A stretch of DNA of 64,000 nucleotides from Escherichia coli (GTDB lineage Bacteria > Pseudomonadota > Gammaproteobacteria > Enterobacterales > Enterobacteriaceae), in assembly GCF_044324875.1 (NCBI RefSeq), contig NZ_CP172185.1. One strand, given 5' to 3'. Position numbers and translations under genes: made by a program. A model generated the notes under the pieces. That model worked only from the letters and a program-made list of their open reading frames with translations, was not told the origin of the DNA and made no database searches. This document shows positions 1-13,784 of the stretch, piece after piece (within the stretch, counting starts at the first letter, position 1; each line of letters opens with the position of its first letter).

Positions 1-105
1 TATCCTGGCGAAGCCGCGTCAGTAACATATGCTGAATAGTGTTAGGCGTTAATTTTAGCCTGTTAATCAATACTATTAAGATTTATTAATCGCTTTAAGG
101 AGAAG

Positions 106-336
106 ATGATGAAAAAGACTGCCGCAATTATTTCTGCCTGTATGCTGACTTTTGCCCTGAGCGCCTGTTCCGGTTCGAACTATGTGATGCACACCAATGA
201 CGGACGTACCATCGTCTCTGACGGCAAACCACAGACTGATAACGATACCGGTATGATTTCGTATAAAGACGCTAATGGCAACAAACAGCAGATCAACCGT
301 ACTGACGTGAAAGAGATGGTCGAACTGGATCAGTAA
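106..336 (+). CDS. ygdI: DUF903-family small lipoprotein YgdI
   Basis: 76-aa ORF with a signal peptide and lipobox (FALSAC). SD aaggag lies upstream. Product recognised as E. coli YgdI. The true start may be the second ATG at 109. Confidence 0.85.
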   Translation: MMKKTAAIISACMLTFALSACSGSNYVMHTNDGRTIVSDGKPQTDNDTGMISYKDANGNKQQINRTDVKEMVELDQ

Positions 337-352
337 TTCGCGATCGCAAGGT

Positions 353-558
353 AAAAAAAAGCACCGCAATTAGGCGGTGCTACATTAATCACTATGGACA
401 GACAGGGTAAATGTACAGGAAGTGAAAAAAGGTAGCTTTGCTACCATGGTCTGAATCGCAGACCAATTGCAAACACAACAACACAACATCACAACCGTAA
501 GCCAAAAGTTCACCAGAACACGCATTCCGATAAAACTTTTCGTTCCGGCTCAGGAAGT
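353..558 (-). ncRNA. gcvB: GcvB small regulatory RNA
   Basis: The minus strand reads ACTTCCTGAGCCGGAACGAAAAGTTTTATCGG... and contains the G/U-rich R1 tract GTTGTGATGTTGTGTTGTTGTGTTTG. It ends in hairpin AGCACCGCCTAATTGCGGTGCT plus a U-run. It is divergent from gcvA, as in E. coli, and the terminator is shared bidirectionally with ygdI. Confidence 0.85.
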
Positions 559-686
559 GCCGCCACTATAGGTATTTGCTGGTAGAAGCTCAACGGACAA
601 TTTATAATGGCTCAGATTAAAAAAACTAATAGGTTACACAGTGTGATCTAATTGTTAAATTCATTTAACATCAAAGTTTAAAAGCC

Positions 687-1604
687 ATGTCTAAACGATT
701 ACCACCGCTAAATGCCTTACGAGTTTTTGATGCCGCAGCACGCCATTTAAGTTTCACTCGCGCAGCAGAAGAGCTTTTTGTGACCCAGGCCGCAGTAAGT
801 CATCAAATCAAGTCTCTTGAGGATTTTTTGGGGCTAAAACTGTTCCGCCGCCGTAATCGTTCACTCCTGCTGACCGAGGAAGGGCAAAGCTATTTCCTCG
901 ATATCAAAGAGATATTTTCGCAATTAACCGAAGCGACGCGTAAACTCCAGGCCCGTAGCGCCAAGGGGGCGTTGACGGTCAGTTTACTCCCCAGTTTCGC
1001 CATTCATTGGTTGGTTCCGCGACTTTCCAGCTTTAATTCAGCTTATCCGGGAATTGACGTTCGAATCCAGGCGGTTGATCGTCAGGAAGATAAGCTGGCG
1101 GATGATGTTGATGTGGCGATATTTTATGGTCGGGGCAACTGGCCGGGGCTACGGGTGGAAAAACTTTACGCCGAATATTTATTGCCGGTGTGTTCGCCGC
1201 TACTGCTGACTGGCGAAAAACCCTTGAAGACCCCGGAAGATCTGGCTAAACATACGTTATTACATGATGCGTCACGCCGTGACTGGCAGACATATACTCG
1301 CCAATTGGGGTTAAATCATATCAACGTTCAGCAAGGGCCAATTTTTAGCCATAGCGCCATGGTGCTGCAAGCGGCTATTCACGGGCAGGGAGTGGCGCTG
1401 GCAAATAACGTGATGGCGCAATCTGAAATCGAGGCCGGACGTCTTGTTTGCCCGTTTAATGATGTTTTGGTCAGTAAAAATGCTTTTTATCTGGTTTGTC
1501 ATGACAGTCAGGCAGAACTGGGTAAAATAGCCGCCTTTCGCCAATGGATCCTGGCGAAAGCCGCTGCTGAACAAGAAAAATTCCGCTTTCGTTATGAACA
1601 ATAA
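687..1604 (+). CDS. gcvA: LysR-family glycine cleavage system transcriptional regulator GcvA
   Basis: 305-aa ORF with an N-terminal LysR HTH (LNALRVFDAAARHLSFTRAAEELFVTQAAVSHQIKSLE). Recognised as GcvA, and the divergent gcvB fits. Confidence 0.95.
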   Translation: MSKRLPPLNALRVFDAAARHLSFTRAAEELFVTQAAVSHQIKSLEDFLGLKLFRRRNRSLLLTEEGQSYFLDIKEIFSQLTEATRKLQARSAKGALTVSLLPSFAIHWLVPRLSSFNSAYPGIDVRIQAVDRQEDKLADDVDVAIFYGRGNWPGLRVEKLYAEYLLPVCSPLLLTGEKPLKTPEDLAKHTLLHDASRRDWQTYTRQLGLNHINVQQGPIFSHSAMVLQAAIHGQGVALANNVMAQSEIEAGRLVCPFNDVLVSKNAFYLVCHDSQAELGKIAAFRQWILAKAAAEQEKFRFRYEQ

Positions 1605-1622
1605 TTTACGTAGGGTACGACC

Positions 1623-2018
1623 ATGACCAGCCGTTTTATGCTGATTTTCGCCGCCATTAGCGGCTTCATTTTTGTGGCTCTGGGCGCTTTTGGCGCGCAT
1701 GTGTTAAGTAAAACCATGGGGGCCGTTGAGATGGGCTGGATCCAGACCGGTCTCGAATACCAGGCGTTCCACACGCTGGCGATCTTAGGTCTGGCGGTGG
1801 CAATGCAGCGTCGCATCAGTATCTGGTTTTACTGGAGTAGCGTTTTCCTCGCGTTAGGCACGGTGCTGTTCAGCGGCAGCCTTTATTGCCTGGCACTGTC
1901 CCATCTGCGTTTGTGGGCGTTTGTCACTCCGGTTGGCGGCGTGAGCTTCCTTGCGGGCTGGGCGTTAATGTTAGTTGGTGCTATCCGTTTAAAACGCAAG
2001 GGCGTAAGTCATGAATAA
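1623..2018 (+). CDS. ygdD: DUF423 inner-membrane protein YgdD
   Basis: 131-aa strongly hydrophobic ORF with about four TM segments, in the conserved position between gcvA and rlmM. Confidence 0.85.
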
Positions 2019-3111
2019 GGTTGTATTGCTGTGCCGTCCGGGCTTTGAAAAAGAGTGCGCCGCAGAAATTACCGATAAAGCCGGCCAGCGGGAAATTTTC
2101 GGTTTTGCCCGCGTGAAAGAGAATGCGGGTTATGTGATTTATGAATGTTATCAACCTGATGATGGCGATAAGTTAATCCGTGAGCTGCCGTTCAGTTCAT
2201 TAATTTTTGCCCGCCAGTGGTTTGTAGTGGGGGAACTCCTGCAGCATTTGCCGCCAGAAGATCGTATTACTCCCATTGTCGGCATGTTACAGGGCGTAGT
2301 AGAGAAGGGCGGTGAACTGCGTGTTGAAGTTGCCGATACCAACGAAAGCAAAGAGTTGCTGAAATTCTGCCGTAAATTCACCGTGCCGCTACGCGCTGCC
2401 TTGCGCGATGCGGGTGTGCTGGCGAACTATGAAACGCCGAAGCGTCCGGTTGTGCATGTATTCTTTATTGCACCAGGCTGCTGCTATACCGGTTACTCAT
2501 ACAGCAACAATAATTCGCCGTTCTATATGGGCATTCCGCGCCTGAAATTTCCGGCAGATGCGCCGAGTCGTTCCACGCTCAAACTGGAAGAGGCATTTCA
2601 TGTGTTTATTCCTGCGGATGAGTGGGATGAACGCCTGGCGAACGGGATGTGGGCGGTGGATTTAGGCGCTTGCCCAGGCGGCTGGACCTACCAACTGGTG
2701 AAGCGCAACATGTGGGTTTATTCCGTCGACAACGGCCCGATGGCGCAAAGTCTGATGGATACCGGACAGGTGACGTGGCTGCGGGAAGACGGTTTCAAAT
2801 TCCGTCCGACACGCAGCAATATCTCCTGGATGGTATGCGATATGGTTGAAAAACCGGCGAAAGTTGCGGCATTGATGGCGCAGTGGCTGGTTAATGGCTG
2901 GTGCCGTGAAACCATTTTCAACCTCAAACTGCCGATGAAAAAACGCTACGAAGAAGTGTCACACAATCTGGCGTATATTCAGGCACAGCTTGATGAACAT
3001 GGCATAAATGCTCAGATCCAGGCGCGGCAGTTGTATCACGATCGCGAAGAAGTGACGGTGCACGTCCGCCGTATCTGGGCTGCGGTGGGTGGTCGTCGCG
3101 ACGAGCGATAA
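2011..3111 (+). CDS. rlmM: 23S rRNA 2'-O-ribose C2498 methyltransferase RlmM
   Basis: 366-aa ORF overlapping the ygdD stop by 8 nt. SAM-MTase motif [11 protein letters not shown]. Recognised as YgdE/RlmM. Confidence 0.9.
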
Positions 3112-3154
3112 CAGGCAAGGCCGGGGCGTCGTCTCCGGCCTGCTACCCTTTCCG

Positions 3155-3886
3155 TCAGGCTGTTACCAAAGAAGTTGCAACCTGGCGCTCATCAGAAATA
3201 ATGTGCGTTACCTCATCCAGATGCCCGATGCGGGCTTCCCCTGAACGATTAAATTTACTTTTATCAATCAATAACAACGATTGCGCGGCGCGTTTTAATA
3301 GCATTGATTTGTAATCAGCGTTGATGGCATTGGAGTCCCACAGTGCGCCGCTGCTATCGATCCCTTCACAAGAAAAAATAAACAGATCGATTTCCAGCGA
3401 TTTAAGTTGAGAAATCAGCGAGGGATTGACGTAACAGCCATATTTGCGCTCAAGTGTGCCGCCGGAACTGATCAGTTGAATGCGTTCGCGTTTACCGAGT
3501 TCATGGCAAATCGGATGGCTATTGGTGAAGACCTGGATGTTGATGTCAGGCAACTGGCGTGCCAGATACCAGCAGGTTGAACTTGCGTCTAAGGCTATTA
3601 CCATCCCTTCTTCAATCCACGCGAGCGCCTCGCGCGCGATATCTGCTTTATGCGCATAATGGCTTTTCAGCCGGATGTGAAAGGGATCGCCACTGTCTTG
3701 ATTTTGACGGTGGATATATTTAGCGCGCCCATGATTGCGCAGAATTTTACCCTGCGTCTGTAATTCATTGAGATCGCGACGAATGGTTTCTTTACTGACC
3801 TTTAGCTGTTCAGAGAGAGCTTCCGTGGTCAGGCTGGTATGGTTCAGCAGCAGGTCGACTATCGCTTGCTGGCGTGCCGCTTTCAT
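3155..3886 (-). CDS. fucR: DeoR-family L-fucose operon activator FucR
   Basis: The ORF track gives 3155..3895. The recognised FucR N-terminus MKAARQQAIVDLL begins at the internal ATG at 3886. DeoR HTH plus sugar-binding domain. Confidence 0.9.
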   Translation of the reverse strand: MKAARQQAIVDLLLNHTSLTTEALSEQLKVSKETIRRDLNELQTQGKILRNHGRAKYIHRQNQDSGDPFHIRLKSHYAHKADIAREALAWIEEGMVIALDASSTCWYLARQLPDINIQVFTNSHPICHELGKRERIQLISSGGTLERKYGCYVNPSLISQLKSLEIDLFIFSCEGIDSSGALWDSNAINADYKSMLLKRAAQSLLLIDKSKFNRSGEARIGHLDEVTHIISDERQVATSLVTA

Positions 3887-3943
3887 ATTTTTCACCCCAT
3901 CATTCGATAACCGCCCGCGTCATGCGGGCGTACCGGTATGAGA

Positions 3944-4366
3944 TTACGGTGTTACCCCTTTTTTTAAAAGAATATTCCCGTACTTCGCTCGTTCGCCTGT
4001 GATAACGATCGCAAAGGCTTTTTGTGCCCGTTCATAAAACGCAAAACGATTGATGCGGATGATGTCAGGACACGGGGCTTGTAGTGAAAGCGCATTACGG
4101 TAACGTCGTTCTACTTCAGGATCGAGAGTGTCACCTTCTACCGCCGCCATCATCACCAGCGGCGGTGCATAACTGTCCAGTTCAAATAACGGGATAATCG
4201 CCTGGAGCAAGTCGCTCACCAACAGGCCATCAGCGCGGATCACCTGCGGTCCCATCGAATGGGCGGGAAAGTGAGCATCGGAAAAAATAATTTCATCTCC
4301 ATGCCCCATCTCTGCCAGCACTTTCAATAGTTCGGGAGAAATTAACGGCGAAATTGTTTTCAGCAT
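3944..4366 (-). CDS. fucU: L-fucose mutarotase FucU
   Basis: 140-aa ORF of the RbsD/FucU family, immediately downstream of fucK. Confidence 0.9.
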
Positions 4367-4367
4367 T

Positions 4368-5786
4368 TCACACTTCCTCTATAAATTCAGGTTCAGTTTG
4401 CGGGTAGAAATAACGGTACTGATAATGAATCTGCGCGCGGGCTTCTTCCGGGCTGTTAAATTCCCCTACGCCATACCAACCGAACAGCGCAGCTCCTGCG
4501 ACGGTCGTTTCTGCGTCGTCGAGAACTTTTACCGGAATATCAAGCATATTGGCTTTAATCTGATTCCACAAAGTGTTGCGACTTCCTCCGCCGACTAACA
4601 ATAATTCAGAGGCTTTAAAGTGCCCGATTTTTTCCAGCATCTGTAGATTGCGCTGTAATTGCTCAGTTAACCCTTCCAGCGCCGCGCGATAGAAATGCCC
4701 CCGCGTGGTATTAAGCGTCACTCCTTGCCAGCCAGCGTTCTGACACGACAATAAATCACACTGCATTTTCACACCATCCGCGCCAGGTGCGATCAGACGA
4801 GCCTCTTCAATCAACATTTGCCAGGGAGTTTCAGCCGTCCAGAACAGTTTTCTCACCCATTCCAGCACGCCGGATGCCAGCCATTGCATACCTGGGTTAT
4901 ACAACCCTGCCTGACTATCCAGTTCGCAGGTGGAACCGGCATACTGACTTAACAGCGAAGTATCAACCTGGGCGCTACGGACCATTAAAATTTCCCATGT
5001 ACCGGAAGAGAGCACGGGTTCATTTTGTTCAGCACCAGCGCCAAAAAGGGCGAACTGGGTATCGTGACCTGCGGAAATCACCGGTATGCCAACGGGTAAG
5101 CCGAGCATTGCTGCGGCGCTGTTCTGTAACGTACCAATCTGTTCACCCGCTTCCACCAGACGAGGGAAGAGGCGGCGTGGAATACCGGTGGCGTGTAAAA
5201 TTTGCGGACTGAAATCGCGTTGCTGGATATCCAGCATCTGGCTGGTTCCGGCCATCGTGATATCAGTAGTGAATTCGCCGGTTAAACGGTGGTTAATCAG
5301 CGACGAAATAAAGAGCCAGGCGTGCGCGCGTTCCAGCAGTTGTGGATGATTTTCTTTCAACCACACCAACTTATATAACGTATTGAAACTAAAGGCTCCG
5401 ACGCCAGAAATAGCCTGCAACTGCTGTGCGGAGATCAACCGTTCAATATTGTCCATTACCGCTGCTGTTCGCGGACATTTCCAGCTAATGATCGGATAGA
5501 GCAGATTGCCTTGCTTATCTACCAGAGCGCCATCCACACCAAAGGTGGTGACGGCGATACCGCGGATGTGGCATTCAGTCAGTTCACTATTGATTTGCCG
5601 ACAGCAATCAGCAAAGCGTTGCAAAATGGCGTCTAAAGACCACTGGTGCCAGGTGGTGTTTTCCATCGCGATATCGCTGGCATTAGGCGTTGAGGCGCGG
5701 GCAACAATTTTTCCCTGCCGATTAACCGCGATGGCCCTGACATTGGTCGCGCCACAGTCGAGTACCAGGATAACTTCTTGTTTCAT
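4368..5786 (-). CDS. fucK: L-fuculokinase FucK (FGGY family)
   Basis: The ORF runs to 5816. The recognised start [15 protein letters not shown] corresponds to the ATG at 5786. Confidence 0.9.
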
Positions 5787-5894
5787 AATCGCTCCTGCAA
5801 TATAGCCGGATAACATTGCTTATCCGGCTAACCACTCTTGCTTGTTCAGGCCCGGTAGCCGGAGCGACCGGGCATCACATCAGGGAGTAATGTA

Positions 5895-7670
5895 TTAACG
5901 CTTGTACAACGGGCCGTAGTTCTGGCAAGCGCGGTAATCCTGGCCTTCAATATCCATGCCGTGCGCGGCCCAGGCAGAAGGACGATACACTTTGGTCTCT
6001 TCAACGTTGTGCATACATACCGGGATACGCAGCATGGAGGCAAGAGTGATAAAGTCTGCGCCAACGTGGCCGATGGTTAGAACCCCGTGGTTAGCGCCCC
6101 AGTTCGCCATTACCGAGTACACATCCGTAAACGGCCCTTTACCGGTGAGGCGCGGTGCAAACCAGGTGGTTGGCCAGGTTGAGTTGGTGCGTTTGTTGAG
6201 GATGTCATGCACATCCTTCGGCAATTCCACGCTCCAGCCTTCCGCGATTTGCAGTACCGGTCCCAGGCCTTTGATGATGTTGACACGAGTCATGGTGAAC
6301 GGGACGCCGCCTTCGGTAAGGAAGCGGGAAGAGTAACCGCCGCCACGGAAGTATTCGTGGATCGCCGGGCACCATTCGGTAGCGGCGAGGCAAGCGTCAG
6401 CCTCTTGCTGAGAGATTTCCCAGTGTGGCTTCATCGTCGGGTTACCTTCGCTGTCGCGTTGTTTACAGGAACCGTCCAGCGCAGCAGAACCGGAGTTGAT
6501 CAAATGGATGATGCCGTGTTCTGCCAGTCCATCGAGTTTATGCCCCGTTACACGTTCAATTGCTTCTGGTGACCAGTAGGTACGCACATCGGCAAATACC
6601 TGAGCGGTGCCGGTGAGCTGGTGACCCATTAGCATTGCCACGCCGTTAAGACTGTCGTTTTCGGTCGCCACGACAAAGGGTTCGCGCACGCCATTCCAGT
6701 CAAATGAACTGTTAAGGATCGCTTCGGCGGTGTCGCCATTGGGATATTGATCGGTCCAGTGGCGTTGTCCCTGGAAGCCCGCAGCGATGGCGTTGTAGCC
6801 AAGTGATTCTTCTACGCGACCAATATCGGCCAGTTTGCTGTTGCCTTGCATCATGTCGCGGATACACATCGCCATCAGTAAACTTTCGCGCAGAACTGCG
6901 CGGCTTTGCTCGGCATTGCGTTGATACTGTTTGTTATTTTCATCTTCGCCATAGCGGAAGTTTTTATCAGCCCAGGCCAGCGCCATTTCCAGTTCGGCTT
7001 CGTCGTAAATCTTCTGATCGATACGGCGACGAAGTTCGGTCATATCCACCGCCTGGACTTTCATTCCCAGCCAGGATTCAAAGAAGTTGTGATCAACAAT
7101 AGAACCGGCGATACCCATCGAAACGCCACCCAGCGACAGATAGCTTTTACCTTTCATGCTGGCGACGGCCAAACCGGCGCGGGCAAAGCGCAGCAGTTTT
7201 TCTTCAACATCAGCAGGAATCGATGTGTCATCGGCATCCTGAACGTCATGACCGTAAATGGAGAATGCCGGGATGCCTTTCTGGCTGTGAGCTGCCAAAG
7301 CCGCAGCCAGGTAAACAGCGCCGGGGCGTTCAGTGCCGTTAAAGCCCCAAATGGCTTTCGGGCGGGTTGGATCCATGTCGATAGTTTCACTGCCATAGCA
7401 CCAGCAAGGCGTTACCGTAATGGTGAGGCCTACATTCTGACTGCTGAATTTTTCTTCGCAAGCAGCGGCTTCAGCCATACCCGCGATACAGGTATCGGAA
7501 ATGACACACTCGACGGCAGCTCCGCAGGCATGGCGCAGTTTCTCGGTCAGCAGTGCGGCCGTAGCTTTCGCCATATTCATTGTTTGTTCTTCAAGCGACT
7601 CACGAACACCCATGCGACGACCGTCAATAACCGGGCGGATACCAATTTTCGGTAAGCTGATTTTTTTCAT
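5895..7670 (-). CDS. fucI: L-fucose isomerase FucI
   Basis: 591-aa ORF recognised as FucI ([19 protein letters not shown]...). Confidence 0.95.
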   Translation of the reverse strand: MKKISLPKIGIRPVIDGRRMGVRESLEEQTMNMAKATAALLTEKLRHACGAAVECVISDTCIAGMAEAAACEEKFSSQNVGLTITVTPCWCYGSETIDMDPTRPKAIWGFNGTERPGAVYLAAALAAHSQKGIPAFSIYGHDVQDADDTSIPADVEEKLLRFARAGLAVASMKGKSYLSLGGVSMGIAGSIVDHNFFESWLGMKVQAVDMTELRRRIDQKIYDEAELEMALAWADKNFRYGEDENNKQYQRNAEQSRAVLRESLLMAMCIRDMMQGNSKLADIGRVEESLGYNAIAAGFQGQRHWTDQYPNGDTAEAILNSSFDWNGVREPFVVATENDSLNGVAMLMGHQLTGTAQVFADVRTYWSPEAIERVTGHKLDGLAEHGIIHLINSGSAALDGSCKQRDSEGNPTMKPHWEISQQEADACLAATEWCPAIHEYFRGGGYSSRFLTEGGVPFTMTRVNIIKGLGPVLQIAEGWSVELPKDVHDILNKRTNSTWPTTWFAPRLTGKGPFTDVYSVMANWGANHGVLTIGHVGADFITLASMLRIPVCMHNVEETKVYRPSAWAAHGMDIEGQDYRACQNYGPLYKR

Positions 7671-7702
7671 TACAGATTCCTCACTTTATTCGGAAAATAT
7701 GT

Positions 7703-9019
7703 TCAGTTAGTTGCCGTTTGAGAACGGAAACGGGCAAAGATAAAGATGACCGCGAAGCAGAGTGCGGGGATCAGTTCAGCAGTGGGGATGTTGCCCGCCG
7801 CGTCACTGACAAAACCCATGACCGGAGTGACAATACCGCCGCCAATAATGGTCATAACGATGAAGGACGAACCGTATTTGGTGTCCTGGCCGAGATTCTT
7901 AATGCCCAGCGAGAAGATTGTTGGGTACTGAATCGACATAAAGGCACTGCATAATGTCAGGGCTATTAAGCCCACATGACCGCCAGCGAAGGCTGAGATC
8001 AGGCACAGTGCCATAGCGATTAATGCGTAGGCTGCCAGGACTTTGTGTGGTGCGAAGCGACTGATGAGCCAGGTACCGGTGAAACGACCAATAAAGAAGC
8101 ACACCATGGTTCCGGTTAAATAGTTAGCGGCAAAGCCTGCGGTCATACCTGGAATTTCTTCTACAGCGTAGCGAATCAAATAGCTCCAGCAGGCCGTTTG
8201 CGCGCCGACATAGCAGAATTGCGCTAATACCGCCCAGCGCCAGTGACGAATACGCGCCAGACGAGAAAGCGATGCGGAGAACGATCCTTGTTTGGCGTCA
8301 CTGTGATTATCACTCTGCAATGCCGGGAATTTCGTCAGCATGATCAGCAGGGCGACCAGTAACACGATAGCCACGATGATCATATAAGGTGTCTGTACCG
8401 ATAATACCAGGCTGTGTTTATACGCACTCAATTGCTCTGGAGACATTTTATCGAGAACGTCTTGCGATTGATGTGGCACGTTAGACAAAATAAGACTTTG
8501 CCCAAAGACAACCGCGATAATTGCGCCAAACGAGTTAAATGTTTGCGCAAGATTTAAGCGGAAGTGACCACTGCTTTCCGGCCCTAATACCGTAACAAAA
8601 GGGTTTGCGGCAGTTTCCAGACAACCTAATCCGGCTGCAATAATAAATAGGCCAACTAAAAATAAGGTGTAGTTCATTATTTCTGCAGCGGGCCAGAATA
8701 ATGCAGCGCCCAAGGCATATAAAAATAATCCGGTAATAATCCCTGCTTTATAACTGAGTTTTTTCATCAATATCCCAGCAGGGATTGGGATAATGAAATA
8801 ACCAAAGTAAAAGGCCGATTGGATCAGGCCAGCCTGGAAATTTGTCAGCGTAAAAGCCTGCTGGAATTGAGGTAATAAAATGTCGTTAAGGTTATTGGCT
8901 ACCGCCCAAAGAAAAAACAGTGAGCACAGCAGCGCGAATGGAATAATGTAACTTCTGCTTTGCCCTGCATCTTTATCTACCGCACGGTAACTCTGCGTTT
9001 GTATTGATGTGTTTCCCAT
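7703..9019 (-). CDS. fucP: L-fucose:H+ symporter FucP (MFS)
   Basis: 438-aa polytopic membrane ORF and first gene of the fucPIKUR operon. Confidence 0.95.
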   Translation of the reverse strand: MGNTSIQTQSYRAVDKDAGQSRSYIIPFALLCSLFFLWAVANNLNDILLPQFQQAFTLTNFQAGLIQSAFYFGYFIIPIPAGILMKKLSYKAGIITGLFLYALGAALFWPAAEIMNYTLFLVGLFIIAAGLGCLETAANPFVTVLGPESSGHFRLNLAQTFNSFGAIIAVVFGQSLILSNVPHQSQDVLDKMSPEQLSAYKHSLVLSVQTPYMIIVAIVLLVALLIMLTKFPALQSDNHSDAKQGSFSASLSRLARIRHWRWAVLAQFCYVGAQTACWSYLIRYAVEEIPGMTAGFAANYLTGTMVCFFIGRFTGTWLISRFAPHKVLAAYALIAMALCLISAFAGGHVGLIALTLCSAFMSIQYPTIFSLGIKNLGQDTKYGSSFIVMTIIGGGIVTPVMGFVSDAAGNIPTAELIPALCFAVIFIFARFRSQTATN

Positions 9020-9207
9020 AGCATCCTCTTAGGTTCAGAAGCTTAAGCACGTAATCGGTTATGTTTTCAAAAGTGCAAAACCAGCGAGTTCGGGCTTCAT
9101 ATCAGTGAATATTTGCCTGTCAGAAATGAACTCATGGATTCATTTTCAAATAAAAAACGCTCTGTAATATGACGGCGGTCACACTTATTAGCTGGGAGGT
9201 GACTTTA

Positions 9208-9223
9208 TGTGACTACCATCACT
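9208..9223. promoter_or_regulatory. CRP-like site in the divergent fucPIK / fucAO control region
   Basis: tgtgactaccatcact matches TGTGA-N6-TCACA in 9 of 10 core positions. It lies in the 546-bp divergent intergenic region of a CRP-dependent regulon. Function is not verifiable here. Confidence 0.4.
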
Positions 9224-9565
9224 TTAATAATCGAAATTTCATGCCCGTTTCAGAAAATAAATCATAAAAAACACAAACCCGATGACCGTATTAATTGTTT
9301 GTGCCGAAAACGGGCATTTCTGGCGAGGGGGAATGGAAAAATGACCGTTTTGATAAATATTTTTAAGAGCGGTCATTTTTAATAGGGTTATAAAAAGAGA
9401 ACTTGCAGTTATTTACTGTGATTAGTTGAACCAGGTCACAAAATATAAGCTTGTGAATTTCTTTCTGGTTAATCAGGAAGAAGATGGTGGGTAATTAAAC
9501 GGCTAATTCAATAGTGTGAAAGGAACAACATTATTGCCCTGTTTTGAATCAGAGAGAGGTAGCTA

Positions 9566-10213
9566 ATGGAACGAAATAAACTTGCTCGTCAGATTATTGA
9601 CACTTGCCTGGAAATGACCCGCCTGGGACTGAACCAGGGGACAGCGGGTAACGTCAGTGTACGTTATCAGGATGGGATGCTGATTACGCCTACAGGTATT
9701 CCATATGAAAAACTGACGGAGTCGCATATTGTCTTTATTGATGGCAACGGTAAACATGAGGAAGGAAAACTCCCCTCAAGCGAATGGCGTTTCCATATGG
9801 CGGCCTATCAAAGCAGACCGGATGCCAACGCGGTTGTTCACAATCATGCCGTTCATTGCACAGCAGTTTCCATTCTTAACCGACCGATCCCCGCTATTCA
9901 CTACATGATTGCGGCGGCTGGCGGTAATTCTATTCCTTGCGCGCGTTATGCGACCTTTGGAACACGCGAACTTTCTGAACATGTTGCGCTGGCTCTCAAA
10001 AATCGTAAGGCAACTTTGTTACAACATCATGGGCTTATCGCTTGTGAGGTGAATCTGGAAAAAGCGTTATGGCTGGCGCATGAAGTTGAAGTGCTGGCGC
10101 AACTTTACCTGACGACCCTGGCGATTACGGACCCGGTGCCAGTGCTGAGCGATGAAGAGATTGCCGTAGTGCTGGAGAAATTCAAAACCTACGGGTTACG
10201 GATTGAAGAGTAA
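9566..10213 (+). CDS. fucA: L-fuculose-1-phosphate aldolase FucA
   Basis: 215-aa ORF of the class II aldolase family, recognised as FucA. Confidence 0.95.
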   Translation: MERNKLARQIIDTCLEMTRLGLNQGTAGNVSVRYQDGMLITPTGIPYEKLTESHIVFIDGNGKHEEGKLPSSEWRFHMAAYQSRPDANAVVHNHAVHCTAVSILNRPIPAIHYMIAAAGGNSIPCARYATFGTRELSEHVALALKNRKATLLQHHGLIACEVNLEKALWLAHEVEVLAQLYLTTLAITDPVPVLSDEEIAVVLEKFKTYGLRIEE

Positions 10214-10237
10214 TTTCGTAAAGCAACAAGGAGAAGG

Positions 10238-11389
10238 ATGATGGCTAACAGAATGATTCTGAACGAAACGGCATGGTTTGGTCGGGGTGCTGTTGGGGCT
10301 TTAACCGATGAGGTGAAACGCCGTGGTTATCAGAAGGCGCTGATCGTCACCGATAAAACGCTGGTGCAATGCGGCGTGGTGGCGAAAGTGACCGATAAGA
10401 TGGATGCTGCAGGGCTGGCATGGGCGATTTACGACGGCGTAGTGCCCAACCCAACAATTACTGTCGTCAAAGAAGGGCTCGGTGTATTCCAGAATAGCGG
10501 TGCGGATTACCTGATCGCTATTGGTGGTGGTTCTCCACAGGATACTTGTAAAGCGATTGGCATTATCAGCAACAACCCGGAGTTTGCCGATGTGCGTAGC
10601 CTGGAAGGACTTTCCCCGACCAATAAACCCAGTGTACCGATTCTGGCAATCCCCACCACAGCAGGCACTGCGGCAGAAGTGACCATTAACTACGTGATCA
10701 CTGACGAAGAAAAACGGCGCAAGTTTGTTTGCGTTGATCCGCATGATATCCCGCAGGTGGCGTTTATTGACGCTGACATGATGGATGGTATGCCTCCAGC
10801 GCTGAAAGCTGCGACGGGTGTCGATGCGCTCACTCATGCTATTGAGGGGTATATTACCCGTGGCGCGTGGGCGCTAACCGATGCACTGCACATTAAAGCG
10901 ATTGAAATCATTGCTGGGGCGCTGCGAGGATCGGTTGCTGGTGATAAGGATGCCGGAGAAGAAATGGCGCTCGGGCAGTATGTTGCGGGTATGGGCTTCT
11001 CGAATGTTGGGTTAGGGTTGGTGCATGGTATGGCGCATCCACTGGGCGCGTTTTATAACACTCCACACGGTGTTGCGAACGCCATCCTGTTACCGCATGT
11101 CATGCGCTATAACGCTGACTTTACCGGTGAGAAGTACCGCGATATCGCGCGCGTTATGGGCGTGAAAGTGGAAGGTATGAGCCTGGAAGAGGCGCGTAAT
11201 GCCGCTGTTGAAGCGGTGTTTGCTCTCAACCGTGATGTCGGTATTCCGCCACATTTGCGTGACGTTGGTGTACGCAAGGAAGACATTCCGGCACTGGCGC
11301 AGGCGGCGCTTGATGACGTTTGTACCGGTGGCAACCCGCGCGAAGCAACGCTTGAGGATATTGTAGAGCTTTACCATACCGCCTGGTAA
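10238..11389 (+). CDS. fucO: L-1,2-propanediol oxidoreductase (lactaldehyde reductase) FucO
   Basis: 383-aa ORF (start may be the second ATG at 10241). Iron-containing alcohol dehydrogenase family, recognised as FucO. It is followed by a REP-like palindrome around 11404-11448 (gccggatgcgacgc...gcgtcttatccggc). Confidence 0.95.
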   Translation: MMANRMILNETAWFGRGAVGALTDEVKRRGYQKALIVTDKTLVQCGVVAKVTDKMDAAGLAWAIYDGVVPNPTITVVKEGLGVFQNSGADYLIAIGGGSPQDTCKAIGIISNNPEFADVRSLEGLSPTNKPSVPILAIPTTAGTAAEVTINYVITDEEKRRKFVCVDPHDIPQVAFIDADMMDGMPPALKAATGVDALTHAIEGYITRGAWALTDALHIKAIEIIAGALRGSVAGDKDAGEEMALGQYVAGMGFSNVGLGLVHGMAHPLGAFYNTPHGVANAILLPHVMRYNADFTGEKYRDIARVMGVKVEGMSLEEARNAAVEAVFALNRDVGIPPHLRDVGVRKEDIPALAQAALDDVCTGGNPREATLEDIVELYHTAW

Positions 11390-11493
11390 ATGCGCTGATG
11401 TGATAATGCCGGATGCGACGCTAGCTGCGTCTTATCCGGCGTATAAGTTCATTAAATTCAATGTGTTGATAATCGTTTGCATCCGGCACGCCG

Positions 11494-13727
<2,234 letters not shown>

Positions 13728-13784
13728 AGGAAATACATCGCGTTAAAACGGAGGAAGCGCCGCCCGAAAGCGGCGCGAAAGGAC